A DNA stretch of 64,000 nucleotides, taken from Glaucostegus cemiculus. Lineage: Eukaryota. Positions 25,681 through 38,899 of this stretch are shown here, piece after piece. The notes beneath the pieces are model-generated. The model had not been told where the DNA came from. It searched no databases and was given only the letters and a program-made list of their open reading frames with translations. The position numbers and the translations under genes are program-made. The DNA lies in the NCBI GenBank assembly GCA_976551045.1, contig CDPCPM010000029.1, positions 18,228,001 through 18,292,000 on the forward strand, given 5' to 3'. Within the stretch, counting starts at the first letter, position 1. Every line of letters begins with the position of its first letter.

Positions 25681-25789
25681 ATCATACAGATGTTGTTCTC
25701 TCCATGAGACTGTGGGTCAGAAAGATCCCCCCTCAGTAAACCCTTGAAGAGGTCAGACTAATTTTGTTGGGAACAGACCTTGCAAAAAT

Positions 25790-25933
25790 TCTGTATAATT
25801 GATGTTTAATTTGTGTTTCTCTTGCGAATGCTGCTTATCTGATGCTATGTGCCTGTGATGCTGCTGTAAGTAAGTTTTTCATTGCACCTGTGTGTACATG
25901 TGCATATGGCAATAAACTCAACTTTGACTTTGA
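25790..25933 (+). mobile_element. Rex1/Babar 3' UTR fragment
   Basis: gtgcctgtgatgctgctgtaagtaagtttttcattgcacctg...gcaataaactcaactttgactttga, the reverse-complement match of 15078-15180. Confidence 0.7.
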
Positions 25934-26596
25934 TAAATGCCATTATGAATAATAGTGCTAAATTCACTTCTGTTCTTGCATTTTTACAGTCCTATTGTCT
26001 TACAAGGAGGAATAAAATCTACATGTGCATATTTGTAGCATGAAAAAGGAAATATTTTTCCCTTTCCCAAGATTCCAAATGATTGCTCCAAATGAATGCA
26101 ATGAAGGTGAAATCAGCAAACTTGGAATATCAGATCGAGTTCTACTTCTTATATGTGTTGTGCATGCTTATGATCCTTGGTCCATGTGGAAAAAGCTCAG
26201 AGGCTCTTCGTCTTGTGGTATGTGGTCAGCTGAGTGGAGAATGATAGTTTTGGCAGTCTGGCTGCCACTGGGCGCATTACTGCTTGGTATCACTTTCTGC
26301 CAAGGAATGAATGTGCTGTTTGCCAAATTTTTTTGGAACTTCACTCTCTTCCCTACTTGGGCACTAAAATTATGATTTCAAGCAGGTTTTTTAACAAAGA
26401 GTTATAGCTTTAACTTGTTTAACATTTGAAAGAATAAGAACGAAAGCGACTCTTGCAACTATATCCCTGTGTTATTGAATGTCTCAACAGTGTAGTGAGT
26501 GCTGAAATAGCAGAAACCAATTAGCCAGTTTGTGCACAGCAAGCACACACAAATACCAGAGCAATGTGATGGCCACCCAGATCTGCTCGTGCGATG

Positions 26597-26746
26597 AAAA
26601 ACACGATGATGTTGGAGGAACTCAGCAAGCCAGGCAGCATTTGTGGAGAAAAACAGGCGGTCAACATTTCAGGTCAGGACCCTTCCTCAGGACTAAGTAG
26701 CATCATTGTACTTTTCATCTAGATTCCAGCATCTGCATTCCTTTGT
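26597..26746 (-). mobile_element. Short PLE-derived element with intact hammerhead core
   Basis: Minus strand 26694-26660: agtc-CTGAGGA-agggtcctgacct-GAAA-tgtt-gac; TSD tctgctcgtgcgatg (26582-26596) / tctgctctttcgatg (26747-26761). Confidence 0.8.
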
Positions 26747-26824
26747 TCTGCTCTTTCGATGCTGGTTGAACATGTAACTGGACACCGGGGTTCAGGGAGG
26801 GGAATAAATCCAAAGAAAATGACA

Positions 26825-26995
26825 GCACAGAAAAAAACTTCAGATACCGGAAATCTGAAACCAAATCAGAAAAAGCTGGAAAGACTCAGCAGATCAGAAC
26901 TGACAAGGGGTTTATGACCTGAAGCGTTAACTCTGTTTCTCTTTCAACAGGTGCTGCCTGACCTGCTGGGTGTTGCCAGCAGTTTGTTTTTGTTT
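26825..26995 (+). mobile_element. Short PLE-derived element
   Basis: cagataccggaaatctgaaaccaaatcagaaaaagctggaaagactcagcag ... ctgacaaggggtttatgacctgaagcgttaactc ... gctgcctgacctgctgggtgttgccagcag. Confidence 0.6.
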
Positions 26996-29114
26996 AAAAT
27001 GGCGTCACATAAGGAAATTGTCTCCAACCCTGTCATCTTCTGGGTTCTGAGCAAACAACCTGCTCCCAGAAGGTGGATTTACGTTTTAACTATTGAAACT
27101 GTTGAAACCGTGGTTTTAACAGACCTTACGTGGACTGACCGCATTTCCAAGACCCAGGAAACCTGGCAGCTGTAGACAGAGGGGGACACCATTGGGAGAA
27201 ACTGATTGCTTCACAGCTTTGCTGTGGGACAGAAGGAACAGGATTGCTTTCCTTCCAGTTTCCTTCTCTGCTCTATCAGACATTCCACTTACCTTGTAAA
27301 GTCATGCTGAGATGAAAGCCCCTCCCCCGCCTCCCAAAAAATGTCAGGATGAGGCCCTCCCTGTGGTCAGAGCCTAGTGCTGGGATTGGGATCAGACCCT
27401 TTCCTAAAACCAGGGATCAGACATTCACTGGATTTAAAGCCCTGGGATAGGAATTGGAATTTCCTTAAGTGGACTTCACCTGCCTTCCCTACACCCCCAC
27501 CCCGACCTAAGGTTGGTGACTGGTCCTACCTGAGCATGGAGCCTGCTTCAAAAGACCTCCTGTTCATCTGGAAATCAAATCAGTCAAAGTGGGGCATCTC
27601 ACAGGCCAAATGATGCATGGGTAGTGTGACAGTGTGTGGTTAATGCAGTTTTGAAAGGAAGAAATAGAGCCACCAGGGTTAGATTCATTGCCCAACTTTC
27701 AAGGATTCTAGCAAAAGGTTTTATGGGTTTTAGGTGAATATGTGGGCAGAACCTGCTAGGTGAGACAGAGCATTAGGATCAGGAGAACAAAAGCACCAAA
27801 CCAATTTTGAGGATAAGGCAGGAAAGGCTATGAAATGATGCCGATAGGTGACCGAGAGGTTGGGCAGTGAGCAAAGGTAGGAGGCTCTGATCGGCATGTG
27901 CCAATGCAGTTTTGATCCAGTACTAACAATGCAAGCCTTAGAAGCTGGTAAACAAGTGGTCAGTGATTCAGTTGGACCGCTAGGTGGTGGCTAGATTGCA
28001 AGCTTGATCACCTTGGAGACAGATTCTTGTTAGATGTTGAAGCCATCAGGCCACAACACAACTTAGTGTCAAGAAGACGGTGTGTGAAGGTTGATCCACT
28101 ATGAGAGGGGTGCTAGGTTGCTAGTCTTCTGCTTAATGAGGGCTCAACACAAAGGCCACCAGCTGCTTGACTGGAACCAGGATGCTCATAAATAAACACT
28201 GGTCTCCAATTTCACAAGGAGAGGAAAGGGGGGAGGATAGACGAATTATTTCTTATTCACAGGAGTGGGAACTGGAGAAGGATCTCTTGGCAGGAGGCTG
28301 TTCTTTATCAGGGTGCTGTCTGCTACTTCACACAGTCACAACGATATCCAATGAAATTCATAGCTTCTCAGGTGGTACTTTATCTGCTGGGTAACATTGA
28401 TTCAGTTCTGGGGCACTGGATTATCGCTTCCTCATGAACCTGAAACATATTTTCTGTCTGATCTCCGGACGGGGTGAATTTTGTTCTGTTTTTAATTTGG
28501 GTTGTCTGTCTGTCTGAACTACCATGAGAATTCAGAATCTGAGTAACATATTTCTGGAAGAATCTCATTCCAATATTTTGTTAAAGCTGTTCAGGATAAG
28601 GTTTTTTTTCAGAAAGATGAAAAACAGTTCCTCATGCCTAGTTCCAAAGCTGTAATTTCTTACTGTTATTTTGACTAGGTCTGATCACATAGTGTTTGCC
28701 TGGATTTTGCAGGGAAATGCTGACACTTCTGTACCAACTTCCCACTGTCAGTCCAGTGCATAAGCCCTGGGTATACAGAAATGATTGTAGAAGTCTTGGA
28801 CTTGAGGAAGCTAAGTCTCCATCAGCCGTTTCCTGACTGAGGTCCAACATGCACTCCAGAGAATGGGAAGTTTTAATTCCTCTGCAGTCATACTGGTGAA
28901 TGCACAGGGAGAACCTGCCTCAGGTTAGCCCTGGTGCACAACCCACTTCTCCATTCAATTAAATGGAGAGGGACAAACATGAGGAACCAATGTGGATGCT
29001 GTGCCCTTTTAGAGAAAGTTCATCAACCTGAAACAGTAACCATGCTTCTTGCTCCACAAAAACTGTCCAGTCTGCCGAGTACTTATAACATTCCCTGTTT
29101 TTCATATTCCTTAC

Positions 29115-29445
29115 AACATTGAAAGAGGCAATTCAGCCTACCAAGTCTTTGCTGGCTCTCAGATCAATACCATCAATTCCATTCCTCTATTTATTTCCAT
29201 ATCACCTATTCTCTCTCAGACACATTAACTCCCCTATAATTGTTCTGCTCCCAACTACATGCAAAATATATTACAGCAGGCAAATAATCTGCCTACCAGC
29301 ATGTCTTTAGGATATGGAAGAATCCAGAACACCCAGGCGAAACCCAAGCAGTCACAGGAAGAAACTCCACACACAGTACCAGAGGCCAAAGTTGAAGATG
29401 GGTCGCAGTAGCTATGAGGTAGCAGCACTCCCTGCTGTACCATTT
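29115..29445 (-). mobile_element. V-domain SINE, degraded
   Basis: Reverse of the head and core seen at 21030-21320 (gaaacccaagcagtcacaggaagaaactccacacacag...gcagcactccctgctgtacc). Confidence 0.6.
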
Positions 29446-29499
29446 CACCATCCTTTAGTCAAGTGTTAGGTACTTTAGATAATTTTGATCTTACACGTT

Positions 29500-29640
29500 T
29501 TTAAACTAATTTAGTTAAATGGATAGGAAAGGTTCAGAGCAATATGGGCCAAATGCGGGCAAATGGGACTAGCTTGGATGGACATCTTGGTCAGCATGGA
29601 TGAATTGGGTTGTTGGGCATTTTTCCATGCTGTATAACGT
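29500..29640 (+). mobile_element. CR1 3' tail
   Basis: atggataggaaaggttcagagcaatatgggccaaatgcgggcaaatgggactagc...ggtcagcatggatgaattggg...tccatgctgtat. Confidence 0.7.
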
Positions 29641-32259
29641 TAGAACATAAACATTATGTTTAGAAACATTAAATGTTTTATTTTTAATTGTTTCAAGTCC
29701 TTTAACTTTTACATTTGTTTTACTTTTGATTGATTTTTAATCATTTTTGAATATTTCTGAGTGCTAGTTGCTGAAATTAGAATAATTGGATAATGCAAGG
29801 AAGGTCCTCCAAGGAATCCTTTTCATGCATTCTTTGCAACACTTATTAGGGTCAGGGTGTGAGTTTGTAGATAGGAGCATAATTGCCCTTCTTGTGCTCG
29901 TTACTCTCATCCCCTGAGATTTTTACTTTCACTGGTCACAGTCCCTTTGATTAGGCTGTGCTCCTCACTGCACTCAATCCAACTCCTTGCCCTGATCTAC
30001 CACTGACTGTGGTATATTGCAGGACTTAAGGTAGGTATTCAGTTACCCAAAAAGAAATTGTATGTCATCAAAGATGCATTTGTAGTTAGCTCTATAAGAA
30101 CCCTAGGAGTATTTGAGTGAAAGGTTAAGGCAGAGTTAGGGTGAAGTGTCCATGCCTTTCTCAGTTGTTTCATTGGCAGAGCTTGTTCTAGCTTGCAGGG
30201 CATTTTGGGCCAATACGTTCACAGTGTCAAATGAATGTGCTGCTCCTTTGGAATGTTGTGTCCACACATAGTGTTTAATGTACAAGATATTTACTCACCT
30301 ATAAGCTACTTAAGAATAATGTAGGCAGATTTGATTTTTCTCCTCAATCATCACCGCCTATTTCCTAACAATCTCACACACGTTTTCAATCTTTTAGTTA
30401 ATTTGCCAATAATTCCATGAGCCACAACTTTTTTTACAGCCTCACCTGCAGAAAGACACTGATTTATATCCCCTGACAAGCACTGATCCTCAAGGGGCCA
30501 TTTTGAAATAACCTATCCACCAGGAAACTGAGATGATGAGGTCGAACCCTGGTTTTACACTCTATCTGATTTTATTCTCCGCTGAAGTCAATTGCAGGAG
30601 ATGTAAAACCAACATTCAATCCACTCCTGTCAGTGCCTGCTGGGCAGGTTCAGTTGAAATGACCCCTAATAAATCCAGCAGTTGGAGTGAGGCATGAGCT
30701 GTGACTTCAAAATCCATTTACTCTTTGGACTCTGTGCTCTTTCCCATCTACTCATCAGCCTCCTCAGCTGCAAAGAGTTTCTTTATTTTCTTCTCTCAGT
30801 ATTTTTTGAGGATCCAGGAGTAAATTCCATCTTGCCTTGGCACCATGTAGTTAAACGTATTTATTTGAATTTTGTCATAACACAAACTTTACCGATTATT
30901 CTAGGACCTGGGTGAGGTGAGGTGCACATAGCCTATACTGGACATTTGTGACTTGGTAGAGTGGATGTCTTCCAAATGTGTAACATATCCTGAAAATATT
31001 TGTTGAGATGATAAAGCAAAGGACTGGGTAAAACTATGTTTAGCAAGTAATTGTTTCCTCAACCTTTCAGTTTTCCTTGCATGGTTTTACTTGCTTTCAA
31101 ATCTGCTTTGCACTCCATTCATAATCAGTAATGAGGCTAAGAGGTTTACTTAGCATGAAAGGTGGTCATTGCAAAATAGATCAGGACCAAAATGTTTGAA
31201 GCAAGTCTATCAGCATTTGAACAAAAAATCTGGTTAATGTTTCCGGGTTCTACATAGAGACTTAATTTGAATTATTAACCTGTCTTTTCTTTTCAGGTGC
31301 TGGCAGAATTACTGCACATTGATAGCATGGTCTGAGTTTATCTCACAGTTCCAGCAGTCACTGCGAGGTCACTTTACAAATTAGTGCCCCAGTCAGGAAG
31401 CCATTTCAGGAGCACTTTCCCCCACCCACTGCATGAGCTTTCATCCACTCATGGAAAATGGAACATTCCTGAGAGAGCTGTGCTTAAATTCTGTATATGT
31501 GATCCAGTGGGTGAAGCTGCACATTAGGAGCTGGAGTTTGTGAAGTGACTCCTCTGTAGTAAAGATACTGGAGTGAACCTCCTTCACATGGTTAAAATCT
31601 GACCAAGCTTTTCAAAGCAAAACTCTGTATAGCATTTAATATTTGACTTTATAGTCAAATAAAGTATTATATTCTCTTCATTTTGATGAAGAGTATATAG
31701 TATAATCTGTGCTGTTGTCTATACGAACTTGTGCCCTTACAGAACTTCCATCAATTTGTCTAGACCCAGATTTTCCATTTATAAAGCTTAGTCTCTTGTT
31801 CTCTTGTTATACAGATCATATCCAGGATATTATAGCAGCTGATATGGGGCAAATTTCATTAATGATGAGTTGATGCACCGTAATTAAATTGCCAGTTCTG
31901 ATAGGTATTGGAGTTAAAGATATAAACCTGAATGGAGAAAGCTAAATCTTGTACCTTAGAAATTGCTTTACTGCATTTAAATGGTTTTCACTGTGAGTCA
32001 CTCTAATGCTGTTTTTGCATGTCCCATAAAGATTGCAATCTTCATCTGCAAGGTTCCCAGAAACAGTGTTGTCAGGTTTCTCTGTGTAACATCAAACTGC
32101 GTCATTTTCAGAATATTGACCTATTGGAAGGTCTAGCAGCTCTGAGCACATGATTGAGCAGCTGTAATCTTGGCAGGCAACCCTTGAAGAGGCATATCAC
32201 AATACAAGCAGCACCCATCTAGCTACTGGTGAGCTACTGGTGACTGCTGGATTGTGCAA

Positions 32260-32450
32260 TGACAGGATGGAGGTGCAGTGGTGGAAAACTCCTGGGGGCT
32301 CTGAGTGACCAGGGCAAGCTGGTGAAGAATAACACCCACAGGAGATACGGTGCTCTTTATTGCAAGGGGGCTACAAAGACCACCAGCCTTAAACCCCAGG
32401 CTGTACTGGCAGAGGTTACCAGGGAGGTCTCTGTGAGAAGTAATGCTACA
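32260..32450 (+). pseudogene. Possible Harbinger Myb/SANT-like gene relic
   Basis: LSDQGKLVKNNTHRRYGALY...QAVLAEVTREVSVRSN loosely matches the Myb/SANT-like helix pattern (FSD..L..LV....RR..LY...W.EVA.EVS..S). Confidence 0.35.
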
Positions 32451-33559
32451 TGAGTCCAGTCTATGAATGCCTGCGCTTTGGGGAACACTGCAATTCCAGG
32501 AAGTCCCTAGCCCTATTCTGCCTGTCTCTGTGGGCATAATGAAAAGTAGATGAAGTTTTCTGTCCTTGAGTATAGAGCCTGGGTGATCTCCCTAATGCAA
32601 CAGTATGTAGCAAACTATGGCATGCGGCAGCAGCTTGGAATGACCCTGAGGCTGGGAAGCTGAGAATGACCATACGCTAGGTTCCAGATAAGTGTGTGTG
32701 GCTGTATATGAGGTCGCAGAAGGTCACAGACTTCAGTAAAGTCAAAGAGTGCATTTTGCATATCGGCCCTTCGGGGGAAGTAGAGCTAGCAAATGATAGT
32801 TACTTTGTGAGTAAGCAAAAACCATTGAGCAGAACTGTGAAAATACTGCTGAAGACACCTTTTTGAGCATCGCAACATCTCTGACATCATTTCGGGGAGA
32901 TTTACTTTGGAAAAATATTTCATGTGTTAGAAAACCAGAGGCTGAATTTCCCATCACTTCTGTCCTGGATTAAGGCTGTTTCCAACTGTTTGCTTGTTGT
33001 GCACTTTCTAGACCTATGACTTTATACCCCCAGTGCAGCATAGATTTCATGGAATGGATGTGAAGAGATGCAGCTGTTGCCAATGCTTTACACTGGAGGT
33101 TGCAAAATCTTCAAAGAGTATCATATAAAGTAGTTTTTTTTAACGGTTACACTTGTGTAAAGCTGTTCCAACCTCTGAAACCATTTGAAGCTATGAGACC
33201 AGGTCATGTTTTTAATTATTTCAAATATAACATGAGGTTCTGAGTTAAACTTTCTACTGGGCAACACTGTTCTTTACTGTTTTAATTGTAGAGTAGGGGC
33301 AGGACTGGATGGAGGAAAGCAACATGAGACAGAAGCTGTGCTTGTCCACACACCACCCTCAATCCTCAGCCCTATAAATCCAGAGATCTCGTGAAGATTT
33401 TGGTGAGAGGCACTGTAATGCGAAAGTATGGGTGCTTATCAAAAGTCATGGACATGAAACATTTACTGTGTCTCTCCACACAGAGGTTATCTGACCTGAT
33501 GAGTATTCCCAGCATTTTCTGTTTCCCTTTGGGTAAAAGAGCTGTCCCACACGTGCACT

Positions 33560-33720
33560 AGTACCTGATGCCAAGATCATCTGCTAGGGCAGTTGAATCT
33601 GCAGATGTGGAAGTGACCACTGCACTTAATTTTTATGAAACTGGCTCATTTCAAGCAGTCACAGGGGATTTAAGAAATATCGTTTAGCATACCATTTGAG
33701 CATGCATCAGTCAGTCAATG
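33560..33720 (+). pseudogene. PIF/Harbinger transposase fragment
   Basis: 33607-33684 translates VEVTTALNFYETGSFQAVTGDLRNIV, matching the HARBI1-type helix-turn-helix motif 'V..ALNF.A.GSFQ...GD...IS'. Confidence 0.7.
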
Positions 33721-34839
33721 TACTTTGGCTTAGTGAACTAGCAAATACTTTCAATATAGAAAGGCGTAATATGGACCATCATGGACCTATGCATGGAGAA
33801 CTCAATGATTGTTGCCTGGGTCATCTGCAACTGACATCCCAATGAAGTGTTGTCATCTGTTTAATAGACTCTCTTGGTCACCACTGTCATTTCCTATAGC
33901 CTTCAACTGAACCCCAACATTAATTCCAGCCCAAACACGGTGCTAGTTCCTTTAAAGCCCTACAGATTGTAGAACCAAACAGCAAATCAGAACACATTGG
34001 ACATTGAAGAGGCATTCTACAGTGTCAGATATGTCACTAAAGTACACCAGAGGAAATTTTACATATGGAAACATGCACAAAGACCTTTCCTCTATGATGT
34101 CCTACCACTGTAGAAAGTGGATGTCACTGGGGAGCAGATTTCAGGGCTGCAGAGAAAAAAAGTGAAGGTTAGAGGTAGATCAGGCTGGGTCGGACAGAAC
34201 TGAGATATGTAATGGGGAGAGAACTCGAGGGGCTGGTAGAGGGTCAGGAGAAGAAATAGTGATAGGGATGGTGAAGAGTCTTGGTGAGGTGTGGAGGGGT
34301 GCTGGGGAGGTGATCAGAGGAACAGAGTAGATGATAAAGGATGAGGAAGATTGTGGATAGTTGTACTGGGGATGTAAATGATTGAAGTGGAACCAAGGCA
34401 AGGTTTGAAAAGGGTTTGGTGTGGAGCTCATAGCATCATAGAACATAGAACATAAAGCATAGAACTGTACAGCGCAGGAATGCTTACCACTTCATCTGCC
34501 CTTCCACTAGCCTGATATCCCAATCTTTCCCCATTCACAATTTCATGAGGCTCATGGTTTAAATTTAATGCACCTCTCTTAGCATTTGGCAAATGGGTAG
34601 AATTTCAGCTTTATAGTGGGTAGAATTGAAAGTGTTTCACACTGGATTTGAATTATTTGGTTGAATTTGAAATCAGTTCTCCAAAATGTATTCAGTGAAG
34701 TGATTTTTCTGAGAGGCTGGATATATTCATTTCAATTGTAATTTATCACATTTCACAACTTTAGCCACCAACAACTTGCATTTATGCAGCTTTTTAACAT
34801 AGTAAAACATACCATGGTGCTTTGTAGAACAATTAGAAT

Positions 34840-34995
34840 ATAGAAAATAGAAGATAGAGCATTGAACATAAAACATAGACCATAGAACAGTAAAGTACAG
34901 GAGCAGGCCATTCGGCCCACAATGTCTGTGCCAAATTAAACTAATCCCTTCTGCCTGCACCTGGTCCATATCTCTCCATTCATGTGCCTATCATG
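34840..34995 (-). mobile_element. CR1 3' tail
   Basis: (catagaa)n-like repeats, then acaggagcaggccattcggcccacaatgtctgtgcc...cctgcacctggtccatatctctccat. Confidence 0.7.
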
Positions 34996-35164
34996 TAATT
35001 ATCAAGCAGAATTTGACCCAGACTGTATGTTGGGATAAAGAAGTAGGTTTCAATTAACACCTTTAAGGAGGAATGGAAGGCAAAGCTATTTGGTGGGCCT
35101 TGATTTTAATTCTTCTGCTTAAATGGAGTACTCATGGAACAAATGGTGGAAGGTAAATGGAGGG

Positions 35165-35665
35165 AAATCCCACAAGAAACTGCAGAGAGTTGTGGGCACG
35201 GCTCAGCACATCACAGAAACCTCCCCTCCATGGACTCTGTCTACACTTCTCCCTGCCTTGGTAATGCAGCCAATATAATCAAAGACCCCACCCACCCCAG
35301 ACATTCTCTTTTCTCCCTTCTCCCATCGGGCAGAAGATACAAAAGCCTGAAAGCACATACCACCATGCTCAAGAACAGCTTCTATCCAGTTGCTATAAGA
35401 CTATCGAACGATCCCCTATTTTGATAAGGCTGGACTCTTGACCTCACAATCTACCTCGTCTTGGCCTTGCACCTTATTGTCTCCCTGCACTGCACTATAA
35501 CCTTCTCTGTAACTATAACATTTTAATTCTACATTCTGTTATTGTTTTCCCTAGTACTTCCTCAATACACTGATGTGATGAAATGATCTGTATGGATGGC
35601 ATGCAAAGCAAAAATTTTCACAGTACCTTGGTACATGTGACAATAATAAACCAATTTACCAATTT
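35165..35665 (+). mobile_element. Rex1/Babar LINE 3' end
   Basis: NLPSMDSVYTSPCLGNAANIIKDPTHPRHSLFSLLPSGRRYKSLKAHTTMLKNSFYPVAIRL; 3' tail gtacatgtgacaataataaaccaatttaccaatt. Confidence 0.88.
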
Positions 35666-37089
35666 AAATATCATTGGTGATTTAACTTACAACAGGAGCT
35701 GCTTACTTGTGTCAATCTATCAAACTTGCCACAAATTACATGCAATGTCCAGAGACTGGGATCTTGACCTGAGAATTTTAAAACTGAAGCACTAATCGGC
35801 TAGGAGCGAATGGAGGTCAGTAAGGAGAGGGAGACAGGGCAAACAGGATGATTTGAAATATAATACAGACATTAGAGTACTGGATTATCTTCCTTTGGAG
35901 AAATGAAGATGGAAAACCTGCCAGGCATTCACTAAAATTGTCTGGTCTTGAGGTAACAACAGCATGGTTTTGTGAGCATGGTGAGTTAGGTGATGCTCTG
36001 ATGGTGGAATGGGGTGGCATTACTGACTACACAGGAATGTGACATGAAGGTTACTTGGGGGTCAATTATGACATCAAGGATGCAAACAGTCTGGTAGGAC
36101 TCACGGTTGTCAGGGAGAGGGATAAAGTCCATGGAAAAGGAACAGAGTTTGTGTTCAGTTATCAGTACATATTGTTTAATACCTTCCTCAATGTCTTACA
36201 TTATTTGTATGATTGATGCCATGAATCATTCTAAACACAAACAATTAACCAAAGTCTTAAAATTCAGCAATGTCTGAACTGTTATCTGGAGTACCACAAA
36301 CAGCTGCAGGGAATGAACATCTGGCTCAGTCTGGTGAGGTGAGCCTCTGCTGGCTAACCTCATTTAGACTAGTGTGTTTGAAGAAAACAGGAAGATCTAT
36401 TCATCTCATTTTCACTCCGTTTTTACTCTCTCTCCAGCTGCTTACATTAACTTTATTATTCACGAAATTTCCTTTCAAAACAATTTTAAGAAACATGAGT
36501 AGCAAGTTTTTTTTACTGAAGTGGTCTGTTTGTAACTTGACTTAAGCACTTCTCTTAAACATTCTTCACTTCCCAAACCAAGACAAACACAGGACTGTAA
36601 AGTATCTACGTGGCGTCCTTTCAATAAAAATTGTCATACTTTTACCAAAGATAGAAGAAGCATAAAATGAGGTTCCAAAGACCCTGGGGTTTAACCATGA
36701 CTGAATGAAGCATGTTCAGTGTTACATCTGTTTACCATCAGCACTTCGTAAGGCAAAAAAAATCCACATCTTTGAAGTCCAATTTTAGGTATTGTGAAAT
36801 TTTGTAACCCAGCTGGTATACACTTGATCTTATTTAGGTAATTAAGAACTCTACAGAAAAATTTGCCTCATAAAGCTCTTTCAGTCTAATGAAAGCATTA
36901 CAGTTTGACATTATGGGAGCTCATTTTATGTCTCACTCTGTTCCACTTTTAATAGCACAATTAAATTTAAGTGGGGGTGCATTTACTGTCAGATTATTAT
37001 TGGCATCATTGATGATAATCAACTCATTAAGATTTATTCATGAAATATGTGCCAATTTTAATCACTGCAGAAGATTACATAAATGTCAG

Positions 37090-37512
37090 CTTGGTTGGTT
37101 ATCTGATGAAATAATGCTCTCAAATTCAAGTCAACAGGTTTATGTCTCACCAAGGGGAGAAGCACATGAAGTGGGTTGAGATATCAATGCAATAGAGAAG
37201 GAGCACAGCGTTGCCTTTTGAATAAGGTAGTAACTGGAGGTCCTGAATATCTACTTAGGTGACGCCTGCTTTGTTATTAAAGGAAAATCATGGCTTTATT
37301 CTTGCTATGCTGGCCAACATTCCCTTTCGAGCCAATCCCCAAAATATTTGGTCATTCATTTATTGTTCGTGAAGCCTTGCTGTATGAAAATTATGATGGC
37401 CAACATAAGAATGACTACATTGAAAATTAATCTCTTCATTGTAAAATACTCTGTGATGTTCTGAGAATATGAGAATATGATAGGTGACATGTAATGTAAA
37501 TGCAAATTCTTC
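37090..37512 (+). mobile_element. Deu-type SINE, degraded
   Basis: gctggccaacattcc...ggtcattcatttattgttcgtgaagccttgctgt...actacattgaaaattaatc...aaatgcaaattctt mirrors the reverse of 56320-56630. Confidence 0.5.
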
Positions 37513-38899
37513 CCTACATAAGGATAATGATTTGTTATACATGTCTGTCTTACAGAGGTGAAGATCAAGGTGAAAGGATTTCAGAAATGTGCCGAGATCC
37601 ACCTAAGATAGCAGTTCAACATAGATAGATAAAACCTGGGTAGATTTCTGTGCCAGAGTGTAAGGAATGGGCCTTGGTATTAATTTGTCTACTTAATTGG
37701 TGTACTTATGGAACACATGGCAGAAGGAAAATATCACTGGTGATTTTGTCTACAGCCGGAGCTGCTGTATTTGTGTCAATACATCAACCTATCCACATGT
37801 AATATTTACTTGTATTTGTTGGAAGTTGAGGCTGGTTGGGCCACATTTGCTGCTGCTCCTGGGATCAGTGAAAAAAATAAAACCTTCCAACAAATAAGAT
37901 TAAAAGATCGCTGGTTAGAATTCCAGGGAAGTTTTTCCTTTTCTCCACCCAATTGATAATTTTCCTCAACAAATAACTTCTGCCCACACCCATTATTATC
38001 TTAAATAACAATTCATATGGCACTGTGATTTTTTACAGGTGCTTAAAGCAGACTTGTCTTTCCATATAAACTGGATGAATCATTTATTACTTCTCTCATT
38101 TTAATGGTTTTGCCACAATCCAATTTATATCCATAAGAAATAATTGTCCTCTTATACATTCCTGACAGGGAAACTCATAGCACTTCCAGAAATTCAGGCA
38201 CAAGTTTATATGAGATTACAGCCCTTTAATCTCATATAATGGTCAATAAACTCTGCACCAGGAATTCTGCTGGGCATCACCAGTAAGAAGTTGGCTGCAG
38301 GTTTTTGCTTATAAAATTAGAATGGAGGTTGCACTTTATCTGATGAAATAACCTTTACAGATTATCCAGTATCTTTTGTCACTTTGCAGCTCCTTTGATA
38401 AACTGCTGCTCATTTGACCATTCAAATCCCCTGCCAATTTCCTGCATTTACCTTTTTCTAAAAATTGCACTGCAGTCAATTTGTTTTACAAACCTTGTAA
38501 ATGCATATTTTTGCAAGATTTTTTTCATTTGTACCTGAATATTTTTATAAGCTTTAGGCTTTTGACTTTTTGGAAAGTATGTGTACCTCACACACTGATA
38601 GACAAAATGATCTGAAGGAGCTACTAGTGGAACTGACAACATCTACCTTTGATCTTTCTGCTTCTCATTATAACAAGTATTACGCTGTAAGATCTTTTCA
38701 AAGGTTACACAGGCAACATTGGTATATTTCCAAGTTCTGTTGGAACACCATGCATTCAGACTTGTATGTTAACTATGTTTTATAGAATCATAAGGTCATT
38801 ACAGTACAGGTTAAGGCTAAATACAGTACAGTATGTGCTGTCTTTTTTTTCAGTTTTCTGGTTAGTTCATTTCTGTTGAGTTGAGGTTTCAATATGGAG

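Noticed and set aside
31280-31360. Strong-looking splice acceptor (tgtcttttcttttcag|gtgctg)
   Set aside because: It lies within a decayed copy of the PLE-derived terminus, and the downstream frames are short.
38448-38642. Minus-strand ORF ending at an AG|GTAAAT donor-like site
   Set aside because: The peptide is unrecognised and AT-rich, with no convincing acceptor.
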